Shown here: in pieces, positions 1 through 10,159 of the stretch
Layout: each line of letters begins with the position of its first letter
Position numbering within the stretch: position 1 is the stretch's first letter
Assembly: GCA_900542285.1 (NCBI GenBank)
Contig: UQNF01000002.1
Span: 10,376-74,375 of the forward strand
Direction: 5' to 3'
Source of the DNA: an uncultured Clostridium sp.
Lineage (GTDB): Bacteria; Bacillota; Clostridia; Christensenellales; CAG-138
Length of the DNA: 64,000 nt
Notes under the pieces: generated by a model
Databases searched by the model: none
What the model was told of the DNA's origin: nothing
The model's input: the letters and a program-made list of their open reading frames with translations, nothing else
Made by a program: the position numbers and the translations under genes

Positions 1-85
1 CTTCTGTTCTTTTGTTTATTTCCGTATCTGTCGATGATTCGCCGTTATGTTCGGCATCGTATCGCCGGGCACGGTTCAATTCGCT

Positions 86-667
86 TTATGAATCCTTGTG
101 CTGAAGCTTTTTCTTTAGAACAAGCGCAAGGATAACTCCGGCTATGATGAATAATCCGCCTACCGCCATCATGGCGTATGAGATGTAAATCACCGGCGAT
201 CCGAACGAGCCGACGCTAACATCAATGGGCGAGGAAAGCGGAAAGCTTCCAAATTGGTCGACAATATCCGTGAACTTATTTATCATGGAGCCGGCAATGA
301 AATATGCCAGAAGTCCGAGCCCGAGAATAAACACACCGCCGATCCCGAGGTATACGCCCGTAAGCCAGCCGTACCTTCTGATTATCCTCGTAACAAAGTT
401 CGGCATGGATTCGGGTTTACTCTCGTTTGAATGCTGCTCCCGGATGGGTTCTGCTGTGAATTCCTCCTCATCATCCTCCGACAGCAGCCAATCGGTCGTT
501 ACGCCGAATATCTGCGCAAGGCGTGAGAGCTTGTTCACCTCCGGCAATGCGTCGCCGGTTTCCCATTTGCTGACTGCCTGCCTTGAAACGTTCAGCAGCT
601 CTGCCAGATTCTCCTGAGACAGCCCTGCTTTCCTTCTGCAATAAATAATCTTTTCATTGAGCTTCAT
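86..667 (-). CDS. XRE-family HTH transcriptional regulator with C-terminal transmembrane region
   Basis: N-terminal LSQENLAELLNVSRQAVSKWETG is a classic Cro/C1 HTH. The C-terminal half has two long hydrophobic helices (GWLTGVYLGIGGVFILGLGLLAYFIAG and VIYISYAMMAVGGLFIIAGVILALVL). Start placed at ATG 667 with AGGAGG 8 nt upstream; the ORF is open to 685. Confidence 0.75.
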   Translation of the reverse strand: MKLNEKIIYCRRKAGLSQENLAELLNVSRQAVSKWETGDALPEVNKLSRLAQIFGVTTDWLLSEDDEEEFTAEPIREQHSNESKPESMPNFVTRIIRRYGWLTGVYLGIGGVFILGLGLLAYFIAGSMINKFTDIVDQFGSFPLSSPIDVSVGSFGSPVIYISYAMMAVGGLFIIAGVILALVLKKKLQHKDS

Positions 668-1183
668 ACTATATGCCTCCTGCAATTAATACTGGGGACT
701 TATCCCCATGACGCCCTCGTCACGCTCATATAATGCCATATCAGCCGTGGGAATGCTATCAAGCTTGGCTGGAAAATCCGCAACCGACGGTTGCATAAGC
801 CCAAAAAACGCATGTTTTTTCAAATATCAGCGCCTGTACCGCCATTCCGGAGCCCGATATTCGGCAATAAAGCTTTCCTCCTAAACGGACTTCCATAGAC
901 CTGTTCAAACCGATAGTACACGGACGGATAATGAACCATAATACTCATTATGTAATATGCAGGTTCGCTTATGCGCAGAACGGCGCAATTCGGTTCGCTC
1001 GGCAGCCATTATATCATAAGACACAGCATTCGGGAAAGACCCAAATGCCGTTCCGTGCACGCAATGCTGCTCCAAATTGACCTTACAAGGCCGCTCTCCC
1101 GACAAGACCGCCGCACATTCGGTTCATGAGTCCGACAGCCGCCTCTTTGCACAAAATATGCCGAAATTTAATCAATTTACGCC

Positions 1184-1213
1184 TTGCTATTCCGGGCGTA
1201 TCTGTGCTATAAT
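1184..1213 (+). promoter_or_regulatory. candidate sigma-70 promoter of zapA (TTGCTA-N18-TGcTATAAT)
   Basis: TTGCTA at 1184-1189, 18-nt spacer, extended -10 TGCTATAAT ending at 1213, 30 nt upstream of the zapA start. Confidence 0.4.
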
Positions 1214-1243
1214 GATTTTGAATAATCGGCAGGGTGGTGCGCT

Positions 1244-1564
1244 ATGGATAAGATAAGGACTAAGGTTACTCTCGCAGGACAAAACTTCTATGTCACCGGG
1301 AACGGCGACGAGGAATATGTAAAGCAGCTTGAACAGATGGTGAATGCACGCATTCATGAGGTAAGCGAGGTTTATCCGAGCCTCGGTGCGAATCATTGCG
1401 CACTGCTTGCGATGCTGAATCTGGCTGATGAGTATATGCAGCTCAAGAACAGCACAGAGCAGATAGACGCCAAGCTTGCACAGCTCAGGGGTATGCCCCG
1501 TATCGGAAGTCAGGCGCAGAAGAGCGCTTCCTCCGCCCGACAGGACGAACCGGTCGGCGTTTGA
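1244..1564 (+). CDS. zapA: cell division protein ZapA
   Basis: 106 aa. The pattern KVTLAGQNFYVTG..EEYVKQLEQMVNARIHEV....ALLAMLNLADEY followed by a C-terminal coiled coil is typical of the ZapA family. Confidence 0.7.
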   Translation: MDKIRTKVTLAGQNFYVTGNGDEEYVKQLEQMVNARIHEVSEVYPSLGANHCALLAMLNLADEYMQLKNSTEQIDAKLAQLRGMPRIGSQAQKSASSARQDEPVGV

Positions 1565-1668
1565 CACCGGCGCTGCCTGATATGGAATTACTGACCCCGT
1601 TGCGGCTTTATTAAGTGTGCGATGGGGCTTTATTCTGCCCACAATAAATAATACGAATTGGAGAGATT

Positions 1669-3768
1669 ATGGAACTCCTTTCCCCGGCAGGCGGTATGGA
1701 CTGCCTTGTTGCCGCCGTGCAGAACGGAGCGGATGCCGTTTATTTCGGCGGCGGAAGCTTCAATGCAAGGCGCTTTGCGAATAATTTCTGCGGCGATGAG
1801 CTGACCCGCGCGGTGGATTACTGCCACGAACGGGGAGTACGCAGCTATATAACGTTAAATACCCTGCTGTTCAACAGGGAGCTTTCGTCTGCTTTGGATT
1901 TTGCGGCGGAACTTTACCGGATAGGCGTTGATGCCGTTCTGGTGCAGGATCTCGGCCTTGCAGGACTGATAAAACAGCAGCTCCCCGGTCTGATCCTTCA
2001 TGCCAGCACCCAGATGGGCATTCACGACCTTGGCGGGCTTGAATACTGCCGTGATATGGGTCTGACACGCGCCGTGCTCGCCAGGGAGGTCAGCATGGAG
2101 CGGATTGAATTCCTTGCAAAAAACAGCGATATAGAGATAGAGACCTTCGCTCACGGTGCGCTGTGCATGAGCTTTTCCGGGAGCTGTCTGTATTCGTCAA
2201 TGTCCGGCGAACGCAGCGGCAACCGCGGCACCTGCGCCCAGCCCTGCCGCAAGCGCGCCTGCGTTTCGGGGCGTCCGGGGGAAAACGATTTCTGCCTGTC
2301 GCCAAACGATATTTCGATGCTGGAACAGCTTCCGGCGCTGCAAAGAGCCGGAGTTGCCTGCGTAAAGATTGAGGGAAGGATGAAGAAGAGCGAGTATGTC
2401 GCCACCGTTACCCGCTGCTATCGTGCCGCTATCGACGGTGCGGAGGGAAAGGAGCTTAGGAGGATGCAGGGCGAGCTGTTCGAGCTGTTCAACAGGGGCA
2501 GCTTCAGCACATCGCATCTCTACGGCGATTCCGTGCGGACGGATAGGGTGGGTTCAAGCAAGCCAGGCCGTGAGCTGGTGACGCTTGCACAAAGGAGCGT
2601 CGAGGGCGAAAACATCAGGCGGGCCGTGGATTTTTCATTGAAGCTCTCCGTGGGCGAACCTGCGGCGTTGACCGCTCGGTTTTCGGACGGATCAGGCTTG
2701 ACGGAGCATTTCGGCGCTGTCGTTCAGCGTGCCAATAAGCCGCAGACTGCCGAAACCTATGAACAAAGGCTTGCAAAGCTCGGCTGCTATCCGCTCGAAA
2801 TGGGAAAGTGCAGAGTGGAGATGGATGAATACTGCTATCTGTCTGCGGCGGAGCTGAACGCGCTCAGAAGGGAAGCATGCGATGCGCTGTTGAATTCGCT
2901 TCATGTAAGGAATGAGGTTCCGAATTACGCTTTCCCGTATCTTTCGGAAGGGAAACCGACTGCACAGCCCCAAAATAGTATCATCTACGCAAGAGTCCGT
3001 ACTGCGGCGGAGGCAGGCTTGGCATTCGGCGCAGGAGCGGAATATGTCGGCATAGAGCCTTTAGCCTTCTCCGAAGCCGAGCTTGCGGCGCTGAAGTCAT
3101 TGGGCAGACCCGAAGGGCTGATACTAATACTTCCGAATGTGCTTATCACGGACGAAGCGCAGGCGAAGGCAAAGGCGTTTTTGGAAAGCGGCGTATTCTG
3201 CGGCGTCGAGACAAATAATATAGGTCAATGGCGGCTTGGCACGGAGCTTCCTGTACGCATAGCCGGAATAGGCATGAATGCCATGAACTCAGCCACGATG
3301 GATGAGCTTGTCCGCTTTGGGTTTGACTATATCATTCCATCGCAGGAGCTGACGGCGGTCCAGACGGAGGAGCTTTGCAGGCGTCACGGGGATAGAATCC
3401 TGCTGCTCGTTCACGGAAGGGTACCGCTGATGCAGCTTCTTCACTGCCCGGTAAAGGAGCATATGGGCTGCCGGAACTGCGGCGGCAGCGCAGGAACCGT
3501 CACCGACGAAGCCGGAAGGCAGTTTCCGCTCGTCAATACACGCTTTTCCTCCGGCTGCCTTGTACGGATGCTGAATTGCAGCAGTACGGATTTGATCGAT
3601 ATTTACGGTAAGCTCCCCTCCTGCCGGGGTTTTGTGCTGAGCTTTATCGGAGAGAAGGAGGAAGCCGTGCCCGAACGCATTTCGGCGCTTTACAGGGCTA
3701 TGGATGGCGGGGCGGTCTCCCAGCTTCCCGGAGGCACAAGGGGGCATTGGAACAGAAAGGTCGACTAA
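1669..3768 (+). CDS. U32 family peptidase (collagenase-like), long form
   Basis: MELLSPAG..AVQNGADAVYFGG..FNAR, FAHGALCMSFSGSCLYS and RSGNRGTCAQPCR are U32 signature blocks; 699 aa with a C-terminal extension. Confidence 0.85.
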   Translation: MELLSPAGGMDCLVAAVQNGADAVYFGGGSFNARRFANNFCGDELTRAVDYCHERGVRSYITLNTLLFNRELSSALDFAAELYRIGVDAVLVQDLGLAGLIKQQLPGLILHASTQMGIHDLGGLEYCRDMGLTRAVLAREVSMERIEFLAKNSDIEIETFAHGALCMSFSGSCLYSSMSGERSGNRGTCAQPCRKRACVSGRPGENDFCLSPNDISMLEQLPALQRAGVACVKIEGRMKKSEYVATVTRCYRAAIDGAEGKELRRMQGELFELFNRGSFSTSHLYGDSVRTDRVGSSKPGRELVTLAQRSVEGENIRRAVDFSLKLSVGEPAALTARFSDGSGLTEHFGAVVQRANKPQTAETYEQRLAKLGCYPLEMGKCRVEMDEYCYLSAAELNALRREACDALLNSLHVRNEVPNYAFPYLSEGKPTAQPQNSIIYARVRTAAEAGLAFGAGAEYVGIEPLAFSEAELAALKSLGRPEGLILILPNVLITDEAQAKAKAFLESGVFCGVETNNIGQWRLGTELPVRIAGIGMNAMNSATMDELVRFGFDYIIPSQELTAVQTEELCRRHGDRILLLVHGRVPLMQLLHCPVKEHMGCRNCGGSAGTVTDEAGRQFPLVNTRFSSGCLVRMLNCSSTDLIDIYGKLPSCRGFVLSFIGEKEEAVPERISALYRAMDGGAVSQLPGGTRGHWNRKVD

Positions 3769-3806
3769 GGAACATAGCATAAAGGTTTAGAAGGATAAAA
3801 AGATAA

Positions 3807-6173
3807 ATGATTACAGAAAGAGTATTAAAGGTTCTTGAATATGATAAGATGCTCGCCAAGCTCCGCCTGCACTGCGGCTGCTGCGTGAGCAGAGAGATGG
3901 CGGATGAACTGCGTCCGCTGACGGAATTGGATGATGTGAGTGCGGAGCTGAAGCTGACCGCCGAGGCGGAGAGCCGCTATCTGCGCACCGGCTATTCACC
4001 CGTGGACGATTTCCCGGATGTGCGCTCAACTCTGAAGCGGCTGAACGCTGCGCTGTATCTGAACTGCGAGGAGCTTTTGAACATAGGCAAATGCCTCAAG
4101 GCCATCAGGGTCTGCCGTGAGCAGCTTGCGGCCGTCTCGGAATCCGATGACGACTCCGCAATGGGGCTTGCGAATCTGGCTTCGGGGCTTATCTCCCACC
4201 AGTATATCGAGGAGGAGATACAACGCTGCGTGCTGTCCGAGGATGAGCTTTTCGACGGCGCGTCGCCCGCCCTTGCAAGGATACGCCGAAATAAGCGCAT
4301 TGCCAACGAGCGTGTTCGTGAAAAGCTCAACAGCATTATCCGTTCCTCCACGCTGTCCAAATACCTTCAGGATCCCATCATAACCATCAGGAACGGCAGG
4401 TTCGTCGTCCCGGTAAAGCAGGAATACCGCGCCAATATCCCTGGGCTCATCCATGACCAGTCCGGCAGCGGCCAGACCCTTTTCATCGAACCGACGGCAG
4501 TGGTGGAGCTTGGAAACGAATTCAAAAAGCTTGTGATAGAGGAGCAGGCGGAGGTCGAACGCATACTTACCGAGCTTACCGCGATGATAAAGCCCTCTGC
4601 GAACGATATCTATACCGATTTGATGACGCTGGGCAGGATAGACCTCATCTTTGCCAAGGCCAAGCTTGCCAAGGAATACCGCGCGGTACAGCCCAAGCTC
4701 AATTCTGAGGGCAGGCTGCGCATAGTCAAGGGCAGGCATCCGTTGATACCGGGCTTCCGTGTGGTCCCCATCGATGTGTGGCTGGGTACGGAGTTTACTA
4801 CCCTCATCATCACCGGCCCGAATACAGGCGGCAAGACCGTAACGCTAAAGACCATCGGACTGTTTACGCTCATGGCACAGGCAGGCATGTTCGTGCCTGC
4901 AAATGTCGGCACGGAGCTTTCGGTGTTTGAAAGCGTGTTCGCGGACATAGGCGATGAGCAGAGCATAGAGCAGTCCCTCTCCACCTTCTCCAGCCATATG
5001 AAGAATATCGTCGGCATACTGGACGAGGCGGACGATCGCTCACTGGTGCTTATCGATGAGCTGGGCGCAGGTACCGACCCGATCGAGGGTGCGGCGCTTG
5101 CGATGAGCATACTCGACGAGCTGCACGGAAGGGGCTGCTATACGGCGGCGACAACCCATTACAGCGAGATAAAGGCATTTGCGCTCACACGCTGCGGCAT
5201 GGAGAACGCATCCATGGAGTTCGATGTGGATAAGCTTGCGCCCACATACAGGCTGTTCATCGGCATTCCCGGCAAGTCCAACGCATTTGAGATAAGCTCA
5301 CGCCTTGGCATCAGCGACTCAATAATCGAGAACGCAAGGAGCTATCTCAAGAAGGAGGATACCGATTTCGAGGCCGTCATATCCGACGCCGAACGCAAGA
5401 GGATCCGCGCCGAGGAGGAGATGGAACAGGCGGAGCAGGCAAGGCTGGAGCATGAAAAGCTTAGGGCGGAGCTTGAAGTCGAGAGGGCGAAGCTGGAGCG
5501 TGAACGGCAGGAGATGAAGCTCAAGGCGCGCGAGGAGGCAAGGGCGATCGTCGAGAGGGCAAGGCGCGAGATGGAGCAGCTGATAGTTGAGATACGCTCC
5601 ATCAAGAGCATCGATCAGCGTGCTGCCGACAGGGTAATTCAGCAGCAGCGCGATACACTCCGTGCCAAGGAAGGTGAGCTTGCGGAGGATCTTCCCATGC
5701 TTCGCACAAGCGACGGCAAGCCTCCCAAGAGCGTATTCCCGGGCCAGAGCGTAAAGGTGCTGAGCCTCGATAAGACCGGTACGGTGCTGACCAAGCCCGA
5801 TAAAAACGGAGAGGTCAGCGTGCAGCTCGGCATTATCAAAATGAAGGTACGGCTCGATGATATCCGTCCGGTCAAGGATACGGCAAGCGAAACATCGAGC
5901 AGAAAGGTCGAATACAACCCTGCCGCCACCGTGGGGCTGGAGCTGGATATTCGCGGAATGCTCGTTGATGAAGCCAAGCCCATTGTGGACAGATACCTGT
6001 ATTCTGCGAAGCAGCAGGGCCTTACCGAGGTCAACATCATCCACGGCAAGGGGACCGGCGCACTGCGTGCAGGCATTCAGGAGTATCTGAAGCACCACAG
6101 CCTTTGCAAATCATTCCGCAACGGAAACTACGGCGAGGGAGATTACGGAGTTACGGTCGTTACGATTAAGTAG
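3807..6173 (+). CDS. mutS2: endonuclease MutS2 (MutS ATPase plus C-terminal Smr domain)
   Basis: Walker A GPNTGGKTV, DELGAGTDP, a long charged coiled coil, and a C-terminal Smr domain (LDIRGMLVDEA...IIHGKGTGALR). Confidence 0.9.
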   Translation: MITERVLKVLEYDKMLAKLRLHCGCCVSREMADELRPLTELDDVSAELKLTAEAESRYLRTGYSPVDDFPDVRSTLKRLNAALYLNCEELLNIGKCLKAIRVCREQLAAVSESDDDSAMGLANLASGLISHQYIEEEIQRCVLSEDELFDGASPALARIRRNKRIANERVREKLNSIIRSSTLSKYLQDPIITIRNGRFVVPVKQEYRANIPGLIHDQSGSGQTLFIEPTAVVELGNEFKKLVIEEQAEVERILTELTAMIKPSANDIYTDLMTLGRIDLIFAKAKLAKEYRAVQPKLNSEGRLRIVKGRHPLIPGFRVVPIDVWLGTEFTTLIITGPNTGGKTVTLKTIGLFTLMAQAGMFVPANVGTELSVFESVFADIGDEQSIEQSLSTFSSHMKNIVGILDEADDRSLVLIDELGAGTDPIEGAALAMSILDELHGRGCYTAATTHYSEIKAFALTRCGMENASMEFDVDKLAPTYRLFIGIPGKSNAFEISSRLGISDSIIENARSYLKKEDTDFEAVISDAERKRIRAEEEMEQAEQARLEHEKLRAELEVERAKLERERQEMKLKAREEARAIVERARREMEQLIVEIRSIKSIDQRAADRVIQQQRDTLRAKEGELAEDLPMLRTSDGKPPKSVFPGQSVKVLSLDKTGTVLTKPDKNGEVSVQLGIIKMKVRLDDIRPVKDTASETSSRKVEYNPAATVGLELDIRGMLVDEAKPIVDRYLYSAKQQGLTEVNIIHGKGTGALRAGIQEYLKHHSLCKSFRNGNYGEGDYGVTVVTIK

Positions 6174-6209
6174 AAAAGCCAGGAAGCAGAAAAGCAGAAA
6201 GGAAGCCAT

Positions 6210-6866
6210 ATGACAAGGACAATCACCGTTAAGGGCGTCGGCAGCTTTAAGGCTAAGCCGGATTACGTCGTTATAGGCATGAACATCGAAGTAAAGGATA
6301 AGGATTACGCAAAGGCCGTCGAGAATGCGAACAAAAGGATAAGCATCCTCGAACAGACCGTATCCGGCATCGGATTTGACAAGGGGAGCGTTAAGACCAC
6401 CCGATTCGGCGTCAGTGCGCAATACGAAAACAAAAAGGATACAGGGGGGAATTTCAAGCGCGTGTTTGCAGGCTATTCCTGCTCATACGGCTTGAAGCTC
6501 GGCTTTGATTTTGACAGCGGACGCCTTGCCGAAACGCTGACCTCCATTGCCGAATGCGAAGCGGAGCCCATGCTGAATATTTCATTCACCATAAAGGACC
6601 CTGCAAATGCAAGAGAGGAGCTGCTTACGAGCGCAGCAAAAAACGCAAGGCACAAGGCGGAGATACTCTGCGCTGCGTCCGGCGAGGAGCTTGGCAGGCT
6701 CATTTCCATAAATTACGACTGGAGCGAGCCGAACCTTGTTTCAAGGGCGATGTACGATGCCGGTGCGGAATGCATGAGCATGATGAGAAATGCCGTTCCG
6801 CAGATGGAGCCCGATGACATCGAGCTCAGCGATACTGCAGCCTTTGTCTGGGAGATCAGGGACTGA
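6210..6866 (+). CDS. SIMPL/DUF541 domain protein
   Basis: N-terminal ITVKGVGSFKAKPDYVVIGMNIEV and overall size (218 aa) match the SIMPL family pattern. Confidence 0.65.
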   Translation: MTRTITVKGVGSFKAKPDYVVIGMNIEVKDKDYAKAVENANKRISILEQTVSGIGFDKGSVKTTRFGVSAQYENKKDTGGNFKRVFAGYSCSYGLKLGFDFDSGRLAETLTSIAECEAEPMLNISFTIKDPANAREELLTSAAKNARHKAEILCAASGEELGRLISINYDWSEPNLVSRAMYDAGAECMSMMRNAVPQMEPDDIELSDTAAFVWEIRD

Positions 6867-6884
6867 AAGCTTTAGAAACCGATT

Positions 6885-6931
6885 GGGATATGCCTTCTCT
6901 TATCAAATGAGAGCGGCATATCCTTCTCTTT
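6885..6931 (+). terminator. rho-independent terminator after the SIMPL gene
   Basis: Perfect 9-bp stem GGATATGCC (6886-6894) / GGCATATCC (6915-6923) with inner CTCT/AGAG pairing, followed by the T-rich TTCTCTTTAT. Confidence 0.55.
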
Positions 6932-7120
6932 ATGGGGCATTACGGAAAAATAGAGATAATTGGTTCCGAATTTTCCTATAATTCCGCAAAATTTGCTTGC
7001 AAGCGGAGCATTATTCGTGTAAAATAAAACTGAGGGACTTTACTCCATTGGTGGGTTATGCCCGAATAAAGAAATAATGCCCGTGCATACGGCTTGCCGG
7101 GCTTCATATAGGAGAACGCA

Positions 7121-8728
7121 ATGGGTCTTTCGATCGAGATTAGGAAGTTTATTAATTCAAAGAATACCGGAGAATTTGTGGATGTTACGCTGCCGGGCGA
7201 GCTGCCTGCAAAGCGTGCGGAGGTACGCTCTGCGCAGAGGGACAGCGCGGCGGTAGAGGATGCAAAGCGCAGGGTGAAGGAGCTTGCATCGGCCAAGCTT
7301 ACGGCGGATAAGACGCTTCGAGCGGCGCAGGAAACGCTGCGCAAGACAAGGACGGAATTCGACAGATGCTCCGCCGAATATGCGCAGCTTGAGGAGCAGC
7401 AGCGCAGGCTGCAGCCCGATTTTGATGCAAAGAAGGCTGCATATGAGAATGCAAAGCGTTATAGCCAGCAAAAGAAGAGCGAGCTTGACAAGGCGAATGC
7501 CGAGCTCAGGGAGGCGGAGGAAGCAAGGCACAGGGCGGAGCAGATACTCCGTGCCGCGACCGCTGCGAGCGAAGCACCGGACGAAAAGCAGAAGCAGGAG
7601 CTTGAAGCGAGCCTGAAGTCGGCAAGCGACAGGTACGACCTTAAGCGCACCGTTTTGGAGGCAGCCAAGGCTGTGGCGGATGCTGCCGATGAGGAATACA
7701 GGGGCTGCAAGGCGGAGTTTGACGAGGTCAACGCCGCCATGACCAAGCTCAACGGCTCCATGCGCTCCGCAGCGTCTGTCAAGAATACACTTAGCAGCAA
7801 GCTTGAAAAGCTGACCGCAAGGGAAGCGGGTGCGGCTAAGAGGCTTGAAAACCTGACCGCCGAGCATCGTTCGGCCGAGCAGGAGGTTTTGGAGTGCGAG
7901 GGCAGGGTTCGCCCGATAGCTGCCCGCTATGAGACCGCAAGGTTTCATTACATCGAGTCGGGCAAGGGTGAGCCGCTGATCTTGGTTCACAGCGCAGGTC
8001 AGTCGCTATACACCTTTAATAAGCTCATATCCAAGCTTTCTCTCAAGTACAGGGTCATTGCGCTCGATCTTGCAGGCCACGGCTATTCCGAACTTCCGAA
8101 CTATTTTGACTATTCGATTGCCGACCATGCCGAAAGCCTTGCAAGGTTCATGGATGCGATGGGCATCGAGACTGCTCATTTTCTGGGCTTTTCGATGGGC
8201 GCGGATTTCGTGCTGATGCTTGCGAGCATGCACCCCGAGCGTGTGGATAAGGTCATTGCCATTGCGCCCGGCGGCGTTACTGCGGCTATGCCGTTCTCCA
8301 TACGCCTGCTTGAAAGCGGAATATTCGGGCCGCTTGCCGGAAGCGTGTTTTCAAGAAAGAGCGTTGCAAAGCTTATCAACGAATGCACGTTTGACCATAC
8401 GATACTCAAGGAGCATGATGTGGATCAGTACGCCAATCCCTTCCAGAATCCCGATGTCCGCTACGGCGTGAGGAGAACCGTCAATGCCTTTGACGAGGAC
8501 GATGCGCTTGAAGTGCTTCGAAGCGTGGAGGCGGAAACGCTTCTGCTCTGGGGTGATGAGGATAAGTGGCATCCTCTTGATATGCGTGACGAATACCTTG
8601 CCGCACTCCCGAATGTAAAGTTCCAGCTTGTTCGCAATTCCGGACATCTTCCGCATGAGGAGCGTTCCGACAGAGTCTGCGAGCTGGTGTTCGATTTCAT
8701 ACCCGCAGGCTACGATATTGAGGACTGA
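7121..8728 (+). CDS. coiled-coil domain fused to alpha/beta-hydrolase
   Basis: About 270 aa of A/E/K/R-rich heptad-like sequence, then an alpha/beta-hydrolase fold (PLILVHSAGQS, nucleophile elbow GFSMGA, C-terminal NSGHLPHEE). AGGAGA RBS lies 5 nt upstream. Confidence 0.75.
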   Translation: MGLSIEIRKFINSKNTGEFVDVTLPGELPAKRAEVRSAQRDSAAVEDAKRRVKELASAKLTADKTLRAAQETLRKTRTEFDRCSAEYAQLEEQQRRLQPDFDAKKAAYENAKRYSQQKKSELDKANAELREAEEARHRAEQILRAATAASEAPDEKQKQELEASLKSASDRYDLKRTVLEAAKAVADAADEEYRGCKAEFDEVNAAMTKLNGSMRSAASVKNTLSSKLEKLTAREAGAAKRLENLTAEHRSAEQEVLECEGRVRPIAARYETARFHYIESGKGEPLILVHSAGQSLYTFNKLISKLSLKYRVIALDLAGHGYSELPNYFDYSIADHAESLARFMDAMGIETAHFLGFSMGADFVLMLASMHPERVDKVIAIAPGGVTAAMPFSIRLLESGIFGPLAGSVFSRKSVAKLINECTFDHTILKEHDVDQYANPFQNPDVRYGVRRTVNAFDEDDALEVLRSVEAETLLLWGDEDKWHPLDMRDEYLAALPNVKFQLVRNSGHLPHEERSDRVCELVFDFIPAGYDIED

Positions 8729-8735
8729 AAAAAGG

Positions 8736-9572
8736 ATGGAATTCCGCTTTTCCAAGATGCACGGTCTGGGCAACGATATGGTGCTGATAGATGACCGTGA
8801 GGAAAAAATCAAGAATGTAAACGAATTTGCCGCGCGCATACTGCACCGCAATACCGGCGTCGGCGCTGACAGCCTGCTTATCGTACGCAATTCGGATATT
8901 GCCGATATTCGCATGATGATACTGAATATCGACGGCAGCGAGGCGGAGATGTGCGGCAATGGCATACGCTGCTTTGTCAAATTCGTCATCGAAAAGGGCA
9001 TAATGCCCGTAAACGAGTTCACCGTCGAAACGCTTTCCGGCATCAAAAGGCCCACTGCGGTCGTTGAGGACGGCAGGGTCGTCTCCATTGGGGTCGACAT
9101 GGGCGAGCCGAGGCTCGATTGCGCCGACATTCCGGTCGCCGCAGAGGGCAGGTTCATTGAAAAGAGTCTCTTTTCGCACGGCAAACGCTTCACAGTGACA
9201 AGCGTTAATACCGGAGTTCCGCATACCGTTGCCTTTGTGGACGACTGCGATCTGCTGGATGTTGAATACTACGGCAAGGATATAGAGCATTCACCCATAT
9301 TTCCAAGGCGAACCAATGTTGACTTTGTGCAGATAATCGACAGGAGCAATATCGTTATGCGTGCATGGGAGCGAGGCTGCGGCTGTACCATGTGCTGCGG
9401 CACGGGCGCATGCGCCTCCGTCGTCGCCTGCATTCTTGCCGGAAGGACGGAACGCAGGGTCAATGTCCATGTGGAGATAGGCACGCTCGTCATCGAATGG
9501 CGTGATGACAATACGCTCTATATGACAGGGCCTGCAGAAACGGTCTGCGAGGGGACGTATTTCTATAATTGA
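8736..9572 (+). CDS. dapF: diaminopimelate epimerase
   Basis: FSKMHGLGNDMVLID, with catalytic Cys blocks MCGNGIRC and ERGCGCTMCCGTGACA. Start set at ATG 8736; the ORF track begins upstream at 8628, inside the preceding gene. Confidence 0.9.
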   Translation: MEFRFSKMHGLGNDMVLIDDREEKIKNVNEFAARILHRNTGVGADSLLIVRNSDIADIRMMILNIDGSEAEMCGNGIRCFVKFVIEKGIMPVNEFTVETLSGIKRPTAVVEDGRVVSIGVDMGEPRLDCADIPVAAEGRFIEKSLFSHGKRFTVTSVNTGVPHTVAFVDDCDLLDVEYYGKDIEHSPIFPRRTNVDFVQIIDRSNIVMRAWERGCGCTMCCGTGACASVVACILAGRTERRVNVHVEIGTLVIEWRDDNTLYMTGPAETVCEGTYFYN

Positions 9573-10159
9573 ACATCGAAATGAACCGTGCATCGGCAAT
9601 GCCCGATACCGTGTTCTTTGTCGGCATAGGACAAGCGCCTGTGCCGCTTTTTATTGCCTTCTGCTCTCTCCGTGAACAGCTCCGAAACGCTCAATGCTTT
9701 TTTTCCATGAGCGAAGCCAATGAGCAAACCGTTGGATGAAAAATTGATTTTTACGGGTCTTTGACCCTTGCATCGGCGGAAGGGCATTATGAAATTACAT
9801 TGTCGTTGAATGTGACAATGGCATAGAGTATGACAATGGCATAGAACCGGCTGCGGCCATCCTTTTGTGCAAATTCTTTCACATTGATAAGCAATGATTT
9901 TTTCTTCCTATTGCGTTCATGAATAAAAGCTTACGGCATACTTCCGATTGCTGCATGGATTTTTACAGCGGAATAGGCCGTATTTTCGCTTTGTCCTGTG
10001 CGTCAAGGCATGGTTAGTGTAAACTTCAATAGAATATATTGCAGAAATTGCCAAATTGGCAGACATATGTATTGACTTTTATTTTTTTTATGTATAATTA
10101 GTGTTGTATACCTGATTTCAGGTGTGCAAATATGTCAGACACTAAAAGGAGGAATTGAA

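Noticed and set aside
845-900. Minus-strand GGAGGAAAGC...GGGCTCC, reminiscent of the RNase P RNA P4 region (GAGGAAAGUCC...GGGCUC).
   Set aside because: The match breaks at the invariant GUCC, the spacing is wrong, and the other universally conserved RNase P blocks are not found nearby.
9813-9845. Direct repeat tgacaatggcataga x2 (18-nt period) in the 550-bp dapF-downstream intergenic region.
   Set aside because: It is too short, and it is isolated from any promoter I can define, so no function can be supported. It could be a regulator site or chance.
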